Source of the DNA: the human T2T-CHM13v2.0 reference genome, Homo sapiens
Assembly (NCBI RefSeq): GCF_009914755.1
Contig: NC_060936.1
Strand: one strand, 5' to 3'
Length of the DNA: 64,000 nt
Part shown: positions 43,350 to 58,344 of the stretch, in pieces
How positions within the stretch are numbered: position 1 is the stretch's first letter
Layout: every line of letters starts with the position of its first letter
Made by a program: the position numbers and the translations under genes
Notes under the pieces: model-generated
The model's database searches: none
Told to the model about the DNA's origin: nothing
What the model saw: the letters and a program-made list of their open reading frames with translations, nothing else

Positions 43350-43990
43350 AATGCTGGATACTGGTGGGAATGTAAAATGATGTAGCTCTGTGAAAAAGTT
43401 TGTCAGTTCCTAAAAAGTTAAACATACAATTACCTTATAATCCAGCAATTTCACTGCTAGGTATATCCCATAAGTATTGAAAGCAGAGACTCCAACAGAT
43501 GCCAGTGTTCAAAGCAAGCATTATTTACAATAGCCAAAAAGTGGATACAATCCTAGTATCCAACAGATGAATGGATAAACAAAATGTATGTGATATATAC
43601 ATATAAGGAAATATTATCCTGCCATAAAAAGAAATGAAATTGTGATACAAGCTATAACATGGATGAACCTTGAAAACATTTTGCTAAGTGAATAAGCCAA
43701 ACACAAATGAGCATATATTGTATGATTCCATTCATATGAGGTACCTAGAATAGGTGAATCCATAAGGACAGAAAGTAGAATAGAGGTTACTAGGGCTGGG
43801 GGTAAGGGAGACTGGGGAGTTACTGTTTAATGGGTGCAGAGTTTCTGTTTGGGATGATGAAGTTCTGGAAATAGATAGTGGTGATGTTTGCACAACATTG
43901 TGAATGTACTTAATGCCAGTGAATTGTACACCTAAAAAATGGGTAAAATGGTAAATTTCATTACAGGTATTTCACCCCAATAATAAAATA
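43350..43990 (+). mobile_element. L1MB-type 3' end, preceded by a MER5-like fragment (about 43030-43220)
   Basis: ctggtgggaatgtaaaatg...acatggatgaaccttgaaaacatt...gttctggaaatagatagtggtgatg. Confidence 0.85.
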
Positions 43991-44275
43991 ATAATGCCAG
44001 AAGCTGAAGAGTAATCAGGACCTCAGGATTACTCATAGGTATGTTACGTCTAATATTGGGCACAGGAGAAGCAGAAAAGGGAAGAAGTTGGAGATTTAGA
44101 AACTAGCTCACAAGAAGAAAAAATATAGATTTTTATTTAAGTGTTTTAGTAAAAGTTTAGCTTTTACTTTTTTTCTCAATTATCAAGAAACACATGTTTT
44201 AAATTTAAAAGATGGGAGGGAAACTACATATTAATCCTATTACCTAAAGTTGATCTTAAAAAATTTGTCACCTAC

Positions 44276-44653
44276 TGATATGGTTTGGATTTGTGTCCCC
44301 ACCCAACTGTCATGTAGAATTGTAATCCCCAGTGTTGGAGGAGGGGGCTGGTGGGAGGTGATTGGATCATGGGGGTGGATTTCTCCCTTGCTGTTCTGAG
44401 TGAGTTATCACGAGATCTGGTTGTTTAAAAGTGTGTAGCACTTCCCCCTTTGCTCTCTTCCTCCTGCTCCAGCCATGGAGCAGCCATGCTCTCTTCCCCT
44501 TTGCCTTCCACCATGTTTGTAAGTTTCCTGTGGCCTCCCCAGCCATACTTCCTGTACAGCCTGCAGAACCATGAGCCAATTAAACCCGCTTTTTTTGTAA
44601 ATTACCCAGTCGCAGGTAGTTCTTCATAGCAATGTGAGAACGGACTAATATAC
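44276..44653. mobile_element. MST-type MaLR solo LTR
   Basis: tgatatggtttggatttgtgtccccaccc...cggactaata; flanking cctac repeat. Confidence 0.88.
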
Positions 44654-44824
44654 CTACCTATGTTTTCACTACATGCCAGGACTTTTCTAAGTACCTTACA
44701 AATTTTGACATTTAGTGATCATAACGATCTTATTAGAGATGTGCTATTATTACCATTTCCGTTTTATAGATGAGTAAATTGATATGCAAAGACATTAAGT
44801 TACTTGCCCAAGGCACACTGCTAA

Positions 44825-45195
<371 letters not shown>

Positions 45196-47059
45196 CAGAA
45201 TCCACTCTCTTAATCACTGTCATGACTTTTGTGTGATTGCAAGTGTTATGTAAATGTATAAAACATTGCATTCTTGCCAAGGTTTATAATAATAAGTTTT
45301 ACAAAATGAAAGTAATATCTCCTTTATTTTCATTCCACTGTCCTCATTTATTACTCTAAACTGCCCTTCCCATTGTTCTTTTCCATAGTATTTGATTTTG
45401 TTCTTTTCGGCTTTTCTTCACCTTTGCAAATAGCAAAAGCTCAGAGGTAGACAATTGGAAATGTGGTCAAAGTTGGGGAAGTTTTTTCTAACCTCAAGCC
45501 TAATTCCACTTGCTACAATGATTATTTAGACCTCTCTGGACTGCAACCTAATCATTTATGTGGGTGGGAGCCACAAGCAGGATCAGTATTTAAAAACCTA
45601 CAAGGTTTTACTGGAGGCCGGGTACTAGCTAGGACAAACTGACCTCTAATTAGCCCTTCTTATACAGTTCCCCCTAAAACAGAAATTGAATGTACTTACT
45701 TGAGCATTATAAAGAGTTATTTTTATTTTAGCACTGGTTCTTCCTTGGCCTTCAAATTTGGAAATTCAGCATAGTACAAAAGTGCCATCTACTGTTCACC
45801 TTACTATATAGCACTTGGAGTGAACATATTTTGAGCCTGTTTACAGGCAATGGAACTCCCTTGTTGATACACTTCCTCCAAAGTATAGGAGAGCACATGG
45901 AAAAGTACAAGATGGGTTTGAATCAATAATGAATTACATTTTTGAAAACTGCATGATTCATTTAAGTTAACATTCAGTCTCCAAGTCCTATCAACTACCT
46001 CCTCACCATATATATATATATAATATATATGATGGGCTGCCCAGGCTGGCCTTGAACTCCTGAGTTCAAGTGATCCACCTGCAGCAGCCTCCCAGGTAGC
46101 TGGGATTACAAGCATGCTCCTCATCATATATTTTATCTTCCTATCTTTCTGTCTAATGGCTCCTGTCACTCCACAGACCCTGCCTTCTGCCTCCTAGAAT
46201 ATTTTAGTAACCACCAACTTGCTTTCTGACTTCAAAACTTCTCCCCTCCACCTGTCCACCCTGCATTTACCAACAAATAACATAAGATTCACCAGGGTAT
46301 CTTGCTAAAAGTAAATGTTTTTAGGCCTCACCCCAGAGGTTTTGATTTAGAAGGTCTAGTGTGAATACTAGAAATCTGTTTTCAAACAAGCTTTCTAGGT
46401 GATTATAATATGCATCAACATTTGGGAACCACTGGCATATCATGCCATAGATCTTTAAAATGCACTTTAAGTTCACTTTTAAATGCCTCAAACCAAGTCC
46501 TATTTTATATCTAACCACTCATCTCCCCTGGGCCAATCCTTAAGCCATTGCAGTTAACCACACACACCCACCCTTTGGAGCCTTTGCTAGAGCGGTTTCT
46601 GTACTCATGAATGCCTGTGCTACTCTCTTGCTCCAACTTCTACACAAAGAAACATACCTCAGGACTTGGGAAGATATGTTCATGTAAAATCATCTTTCTC
46701 TGAACCTATTCCTCCTTATAAAAATAAAACATTATTTTTCCTTTGGGTCCTGATGGTATGAAACTTAGAGTTCTTTTTAGCACTATTTTATGTTGCTGCC
46801 TTTACATCTACATCATGTTTATGTGTCTATCAGCACTTAACTGTAGTGAAAGGTCAGTAAAGATAAGAACTGTGTTCTACTCATTTTAGTATCACTCTAC
46901 AGGCACCACAATCCCTGACACATAGTAGGGGCATAATAAACATTTTCTGCATTGATTGAAAGATGACAGTGTGGCTGGCCAGCTCTATAGTTACTGAAAA
47001 AGTCTACAAAATAAATAGAAAACATGATCATTGTCCTCCAATAATTTAAAGTATCTTGT

Positions 47060-47573
47060 AATTTTATCGATACACTCTATTTGTACATTATGGGGTACAT
47101 GTGAAATTTTGTTGCATGCATAAAATGTATAATGATCAAGTCAGCGCATTTAGGGTATCCATCACCTAAGGATTTATCATTTCTATATGTCAGGTACATT
47201 TCAAATTTTCTAGCCATTTTGGTACAGTGCATTATTGTTGTGTATAGTCACCTGATTCTGCTATCAAATATTAGAACTTATTTCTTCTATCTAACTGTAT
47301 GATTGTACCTGTTAACCAACCTGTCTTCATTTCCCCCTCCCACCCACACATCCTTCACATTCTCTGGGAGAAAGAGAATTATCATTCCACTCCTCTCTAT
47401 CTCCATGCGATCAACTTTTTTAGCTCTCATATATTAATGAGAACGTGTAATATTTATCTTCCTGTGCCTGACTTATTTCACTTAACATAGTGTTCTCCAG
47501 TTTTATTAATGTTCCTGCAAATGACATGATTTCATTCTTTTTCATGGTTGAATAGTATTCCATTGTGTGTGTG

Positions 47574-47617
<44 letters not shown>

Positions 47618-47700
47618 TATATATATATCCACACACATATATATATATATATATATCACATTTTCTTTATCCATTCATCCATTGATGGGGATGCTTAGGT
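47060..47700 (-). mobile_element. L1MA-type 3' end containing a (TG)n(TA)n microsatellite (47565-47657)
   Basis: gacttatttcacttaacatag...aatagtattccattgtgt. Confidence 0.85.
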
Positions 47701-48239
47701 CAAACAGCTTAAAATCTAATTAGGGAAACAGGACTCACCACATGAAACAATCAATGAAAGTTATGTGGAGCAGTAGGTCAATCATAACCATGGGAATGTT
47801 ACAAAATATCTGTATAATAACCATAGTATTGTATTTCTATAGTGTCAAATGTACTTAAGACATTTGATTGGTCTTTGGAAATGTTTTTGTATCAGGAAAG
47901 ACTTATAGGGGAAGAAGGACTTCAATTGTGATTTTTTAAAGTGGTAGAATTAGTGGATTAATGATTGCCAGAGACTAGGGGGAGGAAAGAATGGGGAGGG
48001 ATTACTAATGAAAAAATGGAATCTTTTTAGGGTGATGAAAATGTTCTGGAATTAGTGGTGATAGGTTTACAACTTCAAAGTACTAAAGACTACTGATTTT
48101 TATACTTAAAGCCACTAGATCAATGGTTCTCAAACCTTAGCGGGGATCAGAGTCACCCAAAGCACTTGATATAATGCAGATTCCACTCCAGAGTTTCTGT
48201 TTCAGTCTGTCTGGATTGTGGCACAAGAATTTACATTTA

Positions 48240-48737
<498 letters not shown>

Positions 48738-49705
48738 TCAGTTTGTGAAACTGAAAAAGTTCTGGAGATGGACTGTGGTGATGGTTACAAAACAATGTGA
48801 ATATATGTAATATAATTGGACTATATACACTTATAAATGGTTACATGGTAAATGTTATGTGTATGTTACTTCAATGAAGAACATAGGGGTAAACTGTTGA
48901 AAGAATGCACATTAGTAAAGGCATCACAGTCATGGGATGAACTTCAGTACAATGGAAGCCTGGTTCCTTACAGGACTGTACTGGTACGTGGCCCAGGGGT
49001 TGGGAATCCCTGTCCTAGACCACTATATTTGCTGTGGCTCTGCCTTCCAGTCATTTTCTATCCCATTATTGTGTTTTACTTTCTTCATAGCACTTGCTAG
49101 TTCTTCCACCATGAATGCTCTTCCCCCAAATGGAAGGCACTGCAAGAATTGATAGATTCTGGCATTATTGGAGTAGCAGCAGTAGAAACATAAAGAGATA
49201 TTTGTTTAGGTATGGCATAATTAAAATGAACAGGGGAAGGGGGGCCAGGAAAAAAAACCCAGAAACACTTAGATGCTGTCCTTGGTCCTGAACCAGCAGT
49301 ACCTGGTGAATGGCTATCTTACTTATCCCAAGAATCTGGTAACTTCTCTTCTAGGGCTTAGACTTTCATTTTTACCCTTTTACCAAAAAAAAAAAAAAAA
49401 GCGCTGTAGCTTTTAGTGTCTCCAAAAAGTCAAATCATGGTAATAATTTACAATTTACCTAGCCAATTCCATGTAGTTTGACAGTTGTAATAGGTTTCTA
49501 CTTAGAAAAATTTTTCTGTTCCCACTAGAAAGAAAAGAGGGTACATTCCCCCATTCCCTCTCCATCTCAATCCTAAGATTATGCATTTGTGATGTGAAGC
49601 ATCACTCACCTTCCAAGTGACTGTAGTGAGAGAGATGAGGGCAAGATGGAACTGATGATGGCTAGCAGGTCTTGGCTAAGATGTCACTCCTCAAAGAGGC
49701 TTCCT

Positions 49706-50052
49706 AAAGTCCCCAACCTTTATGGCACCAGGGACCAATTTCATGGAAGACAGTTTTTCCATAGATAGGGGAATGAGGGGGAGGGATGGTTTCAGGATAA
49801 AAGTGTTCCAGCTCAGATCATCAGGCATTAGATTCTCATAAGGAACGCACAACCTAGATCCCTGCATGTGCATTTCACAATAGGGTTCACACTCCTGTGA
49901 GAATGTAACACCTCTGCTGATCTGACAGGAGAGAGAGCTCAGGCCATAATGCTGGCTCTCTCGCCTGCTGTTCACCTCCTGCTCTTCAGCCTGGTTCCTA
50001 ACAGGCCATGGACCGGTACCGGGTACATGGCCCAGGGGTTAGGGATCCCTGT
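49706..50052 (+). mobile_element. MER1B-like hAT element
   Basis: gtccccaaccttt..ggcaccagggacc...ggggttagggatccctg. Confidence 0.85.
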
Positions 50053-50289
50053 CCTAGGCCACTCTATTTGCTGTGGCTCTGCCTTCCAGTCATTTTCTAT
50101 CCCATTACTGTGTTATACTTTTTTCACAGCCCTTGCTAGTTCCTCTGCCATGAATGCTCTTCTCCCAAATCTTTTCAAGACTCACTTCTTTCATTTCACT
50201 TAGTTCTTACCACATTTTCAAAATAAGCACTTCCTTTCATTGTCTATAACATTACACTTGTATTTTTCTTCAAACACATATCCCTCCCA

Positions 50290-51105
50290 GGTAAAAAAGG
50301 ACAAACAATTTTGATAGACATTTCACCAAAAAGTTATATAAATAGCCAGTAAGCACATGAAAAGATGCCCAACATCATTAGGCAATAGGGGAAATATAAA
50401 TCAACATCACAAAACCTACTTCATACCCACTGTGATAGCTATAATCAAATAGCCTGATAATAGTAAGTGTTGGTGAGGATGTAAAGGAATGGAAACCCTC
50501 ATAAATTGCTGGTGGGAATGTAAAATTGTATAGCTCTTTACACAGGAATGGAATTGCTGAGCCCTATGGTAATTCTTTTGACTTCTTGAATTTGGGAGTT
50601 CCTTTAAAAGTTAAACATAGGGTTACCCTATCAGCCAGCAATTCCACTCCTAGGTAGGTACCCTTGATAATTGAATACATATGTCCACACAAAAACGCAG
50701 ACACAAATGTTCATAGCAGCATTACTCACAATAGCCAAAAGTGGAAACAATCCAAATGTCTATCGACTGATTAATGGGTAAATAAAATGTGCTGCATCCA
50801 TACACATTTATATGCCTGGCAAATAAAAGGAATGAAGTACTGATTCATGCTACAGTGTGGATGAAACTTGAAAACACTATGCTAAGTAAAGAAGCCAGAC
50901 ACAATGTATGGTTCCATCCATATAAAATGTTCAGAATAGCCAAATCCATAGAGACAGAATATGGATTGTGTGCCAGGGACTGGTTTCTTCTTGGGGTGAT
51001 AAAATATTCTGGAATTATATAGTGGTGACAGTTCTGCAACTTGATAAATGTACTAATAAACCACTGATTTTTATACTTAAAAATAATAAGATTTTTTTTA
51101 AAAAA
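50290..51105 (+). mobile_element. L1M-type ORF2 end and 3' UTR
   Basis: aagcacatgaaaagatg...cagcaattccactcctagg...aatagccaaaagtggaaacaa. Confidence 0.85.
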
Positions 51106-51597
51106 AGCAAGCATAAACAACCACTTATCTCTCCCTGAAATATACATTCTCTATGAGTAATCCCCATGAGAATGAGGGCAAAACCCTCAGAGGGAGTATG
51201 TCAGAATCACTTGTGGGACCATCACCAGGATATAAACTCCATGAGGGCAGAGACATTCTCTTTTTAATCCACCATATATCAGAACAATGACTGGCACATA
51301 GTAGGTACCCAATAAAATTTTGTGACTTAATGAGGGAATAAAAGAGGAAGAGATAATATCTGTGTAAAACAATTAGAGGATTTTTTAAAATCTTAAAAGT
51401 CTTCACTGTGTATTACAATAGAATTGTGATTTTAGTAGAAGGAAACTAGATTCTTTTAAAGATTGGTTCTTCTATCTAAAAAGAAAATTCCAAATCTCAA
51501 CAGTGTCTAACATAATATAAGAATATATTTTAAACTTGGCCACCCTAGGGTTTCTTCTCAATTATAAAAACTACTGTAGTTTACTTCATTTAGTGAT

Positions 51598-51892
51598 TTT
51601 TTTTTTTTTTTTGAGACAGAGTCTTGCTCTGTCGTCCAGGCTGGAGTGCAGTGGTGTGATCTCGGCTCACTGCAACCTCCACCTCCTGGGTTCAAGCTAT
51701 TCTCTGCCTCAGCCTCCTGAGTAGCTGGGACTACAGGTGCGCGCCACCATGCCCAGCTAATTTTTGTATTTTTTAGTAGAGATGGGGTTTCACCATGATC
51801 ACCAGGATGGTCTTGATCTCTTGACCTCGTGATCTGCCCACCTCGGCCTCCCAAAGTGTTGGAATTACAGGTGTGAGCCACCATGCCCAGCC
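51598..51892 (-). mobile_element. Alu (Sc-like)
   Basis: Full dimer; TSD catttagtgat. Confidence 0.92.
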
Positions 51893-52747
51893 CTCCATTT
51901 AGTGATCTTATACAGAGCCATTTTCGTTGTATGTATTTTATTGAGAAAACAGCTTTTATTCTATAACCTTGTAACCTTGCTCACTAATTGGTGGCCCACT
52001 GACTGAAACAAGTCCACTGATATGTTTTGTTTGGTCATTAATGTGTTCAAACATTCTTTAAAATTTAAACTCCTATAGGTGAGCCAAATATTCAATTTGA
52101 CTCAGTACACTTCCTTGTGTTATTTTTGTACATGGTCTGATTCACAGGCATAAATGATCTCCCTGGCCCTTTGTATCAGTCACGAAGGTCTAAGTTTTGC
52201 TGCTGAAACAACCCCCAAATCTCAGTGGCTTAAAATAAGGAAGTCTTCTATTTTCTGCTCGCATTATGTTGCCATCAGAAGTCAACTAAGGGCTCAACTC
52301 TCAGGTCCTTGTTATCCTCACTTCAGGACATAGGCTGTCAGCGAAGCCACTGTCAGAAACATTATTGGTGACTGGCAGCTGGAAAAGAGCAGATGATGCC
52401 CACGATGGCTTTCTAAGATTTCCTTGACCAAGGAAAGTCACATATCTGGTAGAGACATATAATTCTCCCCCATGAAGAAAGTTGTGGAAAGTTATACAGT
52501 CTAACACTTGGAGGAATTTGGATTGAATATTGAATGCAGTTCAATATCAAGACCTTTTCTACATGAAAATCAAGAAATGTTTGTCAGTTTTTCAAGCATT
52601 TGTATTCCCCAACACACGTGAAGGTTAATGCACTCAGAGCTTTGATTCTCAGTTGAGGCCACACACTCCTGGATGAGGTGAGTGATGGGTCATAATCTTT
52701 ATTTTGTTTTGGGGACAGAGATTGAAGGCAGAAAACATAGGCTTGAG

Positions 52748-52942
52748 TTTTATTTTTTATTTATTTTTATTTTTAAACTATTTTAGAAATGGAGTCTTAC
52801 TATGTTGGCCAGGCTGGAGTGCAGTGTCTATCCACAGGTGCTCTCATAGCACATTGTAGCCTTGAACTTCTGGGCTCAAGTGATCCCCCTACTTCAGCCT
52901 CTGGTGTAGCTGGGACTACAGACATGAACCACCATGCCTGGC
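52748..52942 (-). mobile_element. Alu monomer (FAM/FRAM-like)
   Basis: Single diverged arm with T-rich tail. Confidence 0.78.
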
Positions 52943-53724
52943 TTGAGATTTTATTTTATTTTTAAATAAAGGCCCCACAGGTGATTCTGGCATATTGCTC
53001 CAAGATGTTGTGTCCTCATTCCCACAAGGATTACTGATTTAGAGGCTCACAGCTTTCTGAGAATGCCAGATTCAGATAAATAACTAAAGATCAGAATGAA
53101 AACATTACAACCCAGACATCAATGATCAATAAAGGATTCAGCTATGCTGTTAGTGAAAAAGTTAAGTACTAGCACATTTTCAAGTTAAGATGAATAAGTA
53201 ATTGGGAAAAGAGAGGAGACTGGAAATTTCCATGAATTTCCATAAAATAAGTGACATTCATTTTAGAAGTTAGCACCGCAGAGGTAATGTAGATATTATT
53301 ACCATCTCCTCCCTGACAGATAGTGTTTATTACAAGTTAGAGCTATATCCCTCCATCTCCTGACCTTCCTAAGGTTTAGGTAAACACTCTTATCAAAAGA
53401 GGGAGAAGGAACACAGGTCAGAGGGCGGTGTCGTGGTGTCTTTGCTTCTCCAGCCTCACAGACCTAGTCTGAATCTCATGGAGAGAAAGGACTCAGGAAG
53501 CAGCAGAAGTAGCAGGTTTTTAAATTGAGTCTGGTGAGACAGTTGGGCACAGGCTGCTATGCTTGTGTAACCTGGAGGCAAAGTAGGAAACAGATTGGCA
53601 GAGGAGTCATCCTTCTTCCAGGACTGCATAGACCAGAGCATGGTGTGAACACAGTGAGGACCACAAAGACTTTGCCTTGCTGGATTGTAGTGAATTACCC
53701 AATTCAACAGAGTAATTTAAATGA

Positions 53725-53935
53725 ATGATTCTCAACCAGGGACAAGTTTTCCCACATGGGACATTTGGCAATGTCTAGAGACACTTATGGTTATCACAAG
53801 TAAGAGTGTAGGTGCTACTGGCATCTGGTGGATGGAGATCAGGGATGCTGCTAAACATCCTACGATGCACAGAACAGCCTTCAAAACAAAGAGCCAACCC
53901 CAAATGTCAATAATACTGATATAAGAGGCCCATAT
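53725..53935. mobile_element. MER20-like hAT element
   Basis: gggacatttggcaatgtct.gagac...gggatgctgctaaacatcctac.atgcacag. Confidence 0.85.
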
Positions 53936-54233
53936 TTAAATGAAAGCACTTAGTACAGTGCCTGGCATTTGTTAAATGCTTAATAAATGTTGATTCACCA
54001 TGGGTTGATCTCCTGGTGTCCATAAGGTTTTAAATAATTGTCAATACCCTAAAATTAACCATATATAGTATACCAAGATTTCTCCATTACAAGATGTACT
54101 TTTTCAAAATCACTTTTTAAATTTCTTGAATTGGCGTGAGATGTAATAATTGATATATTTTCCCCTAAGAAGCTGTTATCAAATCTCAAATCATGGTGCA
54201 TGTCAGTTGATGGCATCTTAAAGTCCTGAAAAA

Positions 54234-54550
54234 GGGCCAGGAGCTGTGGCTCATATCTGGAATCCCAGCACTTTGGGAAGCTGAGGCAGGCAGATCACTT
54301 GAGGCCAGGAATTCAAGACCAGGCTGGTCAACATGGCAAAACCCCATCTCTACTAAAAATACAAAAAATTAATCAGGTGTGGTGGCATGCACCTGTAGTC
54401 GCAGCTATTCGGGAGGCTGAGGCATGAGAATCAATTGAACCCAGGAGGTGGAGGTTGCAGTGAGCCGAGATGGCGAGATGGTGCCACTGCACTCCAGCTT
54501 AGTTGACAGATGAGATTCTGTCTAAAAAAACAAAAACAAAAACAAAAAAA
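54234..54550 (+). mobile_element. AluS
   Basis: Full dimer with (CAAAAA)n tail. Confidence 0.92.
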
Positions 54551-55222
54551 AGCCTCTTGAAAAAGCTATGCTTCTAGGCTTCTATTACCTTTATTAGAAG
54601 AGGCATTTTCAAAATACTACCTGGGAATGTGACAAAGTAACCTATTCGTATATTAGCTGACTTGTTATCACCAGTTACATAATTTTAATCGACTGTTCTG
54701 CTGCTAATACTGCTGTCAAATTCTGCACATATTAATCTTTCTCTGTGATGAATATTCAGAACAAAAGAAAATAAAAAACATTAACTTTGGTAGAAATCCT
54801 AGAGAGCAAGCGTTTCTCCTTCCTTTTAGAGATGAGAAATCAAAGGTTCATGAAGGCGTATTAACTGGCTCAACTGTATTCAGCTAGTCAGCAGTAAAGC
54901 CACGCCTATTAAGTCAAGGGTCCAGAATTCCAGCTCAGATCTGCTCCTCAGATAATTGCAAATGTGTACTCTTTATTCAAGTTGCGCTCAGCAAGAGGTT
55001 GTTACTCTTTATTCATCTATGTGACTAGTGATATTTTCTATGGAATATGATTTTGGTCTTCAGGCTATGTTTATATAATCATTCCATCAATGTTATTGAA
55101 CATCTTACTATGGGCCAGGTAGTATGTTAGGTATTGTACTTATAAAAATAAGTAAAAATGACTACAAGGGTAAAAAGCTCACTTACCTTCTAAGCCCAAG
55201 TGGATAACAAAACTGGTTGAGG

Positions 55223-55378
55223 TAGGGTTGCCAGATACAATATAGGGTGCTTTAACTGAATTGCATGAGTTGCATTGGACCTACTTACACTAAAAAGTAA
55301 AAATAAAATAGTTGTTTATCTTTTCTGCACATTTAAACAGGCTTCTTGCATTCATATTTGCTAAATGCAGCAACCCTA
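55223..55378. mobile_element. MER53-like MITE
   Basis: Terminal inverted repeats tagggttgc...gcaacccta. Confidence 0.7.
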
Positions 55379-58344
55379 ACTAGCTGGGAACTGGGGAGAG
55401 CTAGAAAGTGCATGCTTTATCTAAAGGGAGCAGCTACTACCTCCCCTCCCCAACCCCTCTCAGGAATCATTGCCACAAGGCATGCAACCCCAGTGAACTC
55501 ATTGAAATTATCATGATATGCTGGAAATCCAGAACTCTAGCTAAAAGCTCCCTAATATTAAAAGTTGTAAACTGATTTGAAAAAAATTTAAAGACTATGT
55601 GGGCCAAAGGAAAAAAAAGAAAATAATGTCTGTGGATTTTGATGGTGTTTAAGCAACCTCCAAAATAAGACTTCTCTTTCTCACCCGAATGTGGAACCAG
55701 TTAAGCCACACAGGTTTCAGGCAGATTAAGGTCAAAATGTCAGCTTCGATACTGATGATGTAACCATAAAGGATTTGGCTTAAGTGTACAACCAAATAGG
55801 CTTGCTAGAAAGCTCCCGAATTGAACTAACCATCCTCCCCACAAATCAAGCCCTTCACCCCAGCAAGGCAGAGCTAACCCTCCAGTCAAGATAGTAAACT
55901 ACAATATTCCCCTCCTTGCAGATAACACAAGTGTGAAGAGAGGGGAGAGCAGCAAAGGCTGAGCTGCGTGTGCCTGGTCCCTTCCAGACTTTCCAGATAA
56001 CTTTGCCCCACGGAGGACAAGGAAAGCCAAAAGAGAGAAGCCAGGATTGTTAGTCTTGGAAAATGCCTCCATATAGAAACATGAGCCGGAGAATAAATCA
56101 CTTGCCTCTCTAACCAGTTGGATTTGGTCCGTGAGTTCCTAGTTTTGTTCACCTGACTTAGTCCCTGACTTTTAAAGTCAAGTGCATCAACATGCTGCCA
56201 GTACTTTGATGAACATCTATACAGGATCCATCTCTACAGCAGTGAATTCCACCTGGGGTAAAGTATGCATGTAGGTTAGGATGCTACAGTGGGACTCTGT
56301 CTGCTTTTTCTGTCTGTTTCTGCTAAGGCCTCCACACATTAGATGGTCAGTACTCTTTGTTCTATGGGAAGGGCTAGAATACCTAAACAGGACTTTCACG
56401 GAGGGAGCAACAAACCAGTTTTGTGGCTCTCAGCAAACATCCATCTCAAAGGTGAGTTTGGAAATAATGGAGAGTATGTCAGTGTGTTTGTGTCTCAGGC
56501 CTACTTCCCACGCCTATGGGGGAAGGGTGGGACTTATCTCTCTCTTCCCTCAAGCCTGCTAAGAGGAGATTAGACTATATTTGAGATAAATACCTCGAGC
56601 ACAGTGACAGCCATGCAGCTCATGCCTGTGAAATCAAAAGGCAAGAGGATGCGGCTGGCTGGCTGCTCTGAGGGCAGAGAGAAAAGACCAGACTGCTCTT
56701 GGAACAGACTGTTCTTCCAGTGACGATGGGGACAAAGATGCATGAGTGTATCTCCAGGACTGGATGTGAGCTGCATGGGAGAAAAAGAGTGCAGGCCTGC
56801 AGCCCGGGAAAACCCAAAAGGATGCCATAAACCCAACAGGAAGATGGGTTGTCAGGGCCCCAGGAGCTGAGAAAGGAATAAAAATGACAGAGAGAGAAAA
56901 GTACATTGTCCACATCATAAATAACACAGCTGAATGTGCCCAATGAGGTCCTCAGAGAACCCACAGAAGTGCCCATGGGAACAGTTCTCTCTGGGACTCA
57001 AACCCAGGGAGAGGTGCTTTTAAACATGCAAAGAGAGGGAACCATCATCATATTACATTGCAGTGTCCACATGAATAAGACCCTAACTTACCTCATATTT
57101 CTCCTCCTTCCTCTGCTTTAATCCAGGAGGAGCCAGAGACCTCTCAGTAAGTGAAGAAGAGGGGAAATAGGTAAAAAGCCACTATTCCCCATGTTAGATG
57201 AGGAAATAGGAACATTCTCCTCCTCTACCCAACACCCACTGTAGCTTTTAGTGGCTGGAGTCAGGAGAGAAAAGTTTTCATGTTAAATGAATTTCAGAGG
57301 TTTGACTATGACATAGAAATGGATATTTTAATTACTGAAATAAAACTGTTTTGTAATTAGAGGTGACTGGAAGACATTTTATCCTCAGCAGAAGAATAGA
57401 TAAGGATAGGACCTTCCCTCCCCCTTGGACCCCACCAAGGTTTTATCCAGAGGCAGAGGAAGAAGTAACCCTTTATGTGAGTTTGAATGGGCAGAAGAAG
57501 AAAAGGATGAAGTTGTCTTCTAATTGCACTCTGTGAATGTTGCTTTTTTGTTAACATAAATGTCACATATATTTTTAGCTGGTGTAACAAAAAAAAAAAA
57601 CATCTCAAGCCGGCTTGCATAATAACAGCTTTGGGCACAGTCTGATCAAGGCCCCGGTTCTGTTTGCTAGTGATCCTCCTGATTCTGCCCTCTCTCCATG
57701 CTAGTTTCTTCCTCAGATTGACATTCCTCTTGGTCACCAGATGCCTACAATCAGCGGGTGCAACTCTCTGCTCCCTGCTCACTTCTGAAGGGGAGAGCAT
57801 GGATACCAACCACAGAACAAAGCCCTGCAGTCTCCCGCTGAGTAGAACACCCACGAAGAAGTGTTGGCCATTTCCCTATTGCCAGGGAAATATCATGTAT
57901 TGGTTGGATTAGGCCTGTATTAATCCAGTTAATGGAACATAGTTAAACTATCCCAGACCCTCCATAGACACTAGAGAAAAGGTGAATCCAACCCAAATGT
58001 AAGACTGCTACTCAATAGGACAGAAAAGGCATGGATGTCAGTGAAATGGGAAAAAAAAATGTGTGCCAAAGGAGATCAGGAAGGACTGAATAGAAGACAT
58101 GGCCTTTGAATTGAAGCCTTTAATGAGGAAAGGGGATTGACATTGTATGAGGGCCAGGGTGGAGAGCGGGTTGTGAAGAGGATAGGGAAAATGCAAGGAC
58201 ACTGCGGATATAAGAATTAATGGGAGAATCATGGGCCACAAAGCAGCAGGATTATATTACAGAGATTGTAAGTAGTGTTTATTGAAGCACAGGGTACTGG
58301 GGAGGTGGAGGAAAGATGAAACTGTTAAGGAATTTAGACACAGC

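Noticed and set aside
57357-57854. 165-aa minus-strand ORF
   Set aside because: Non-ATG start, overlaps degenerate LTR-like sequence and an A-run, and has no recognisable domain.
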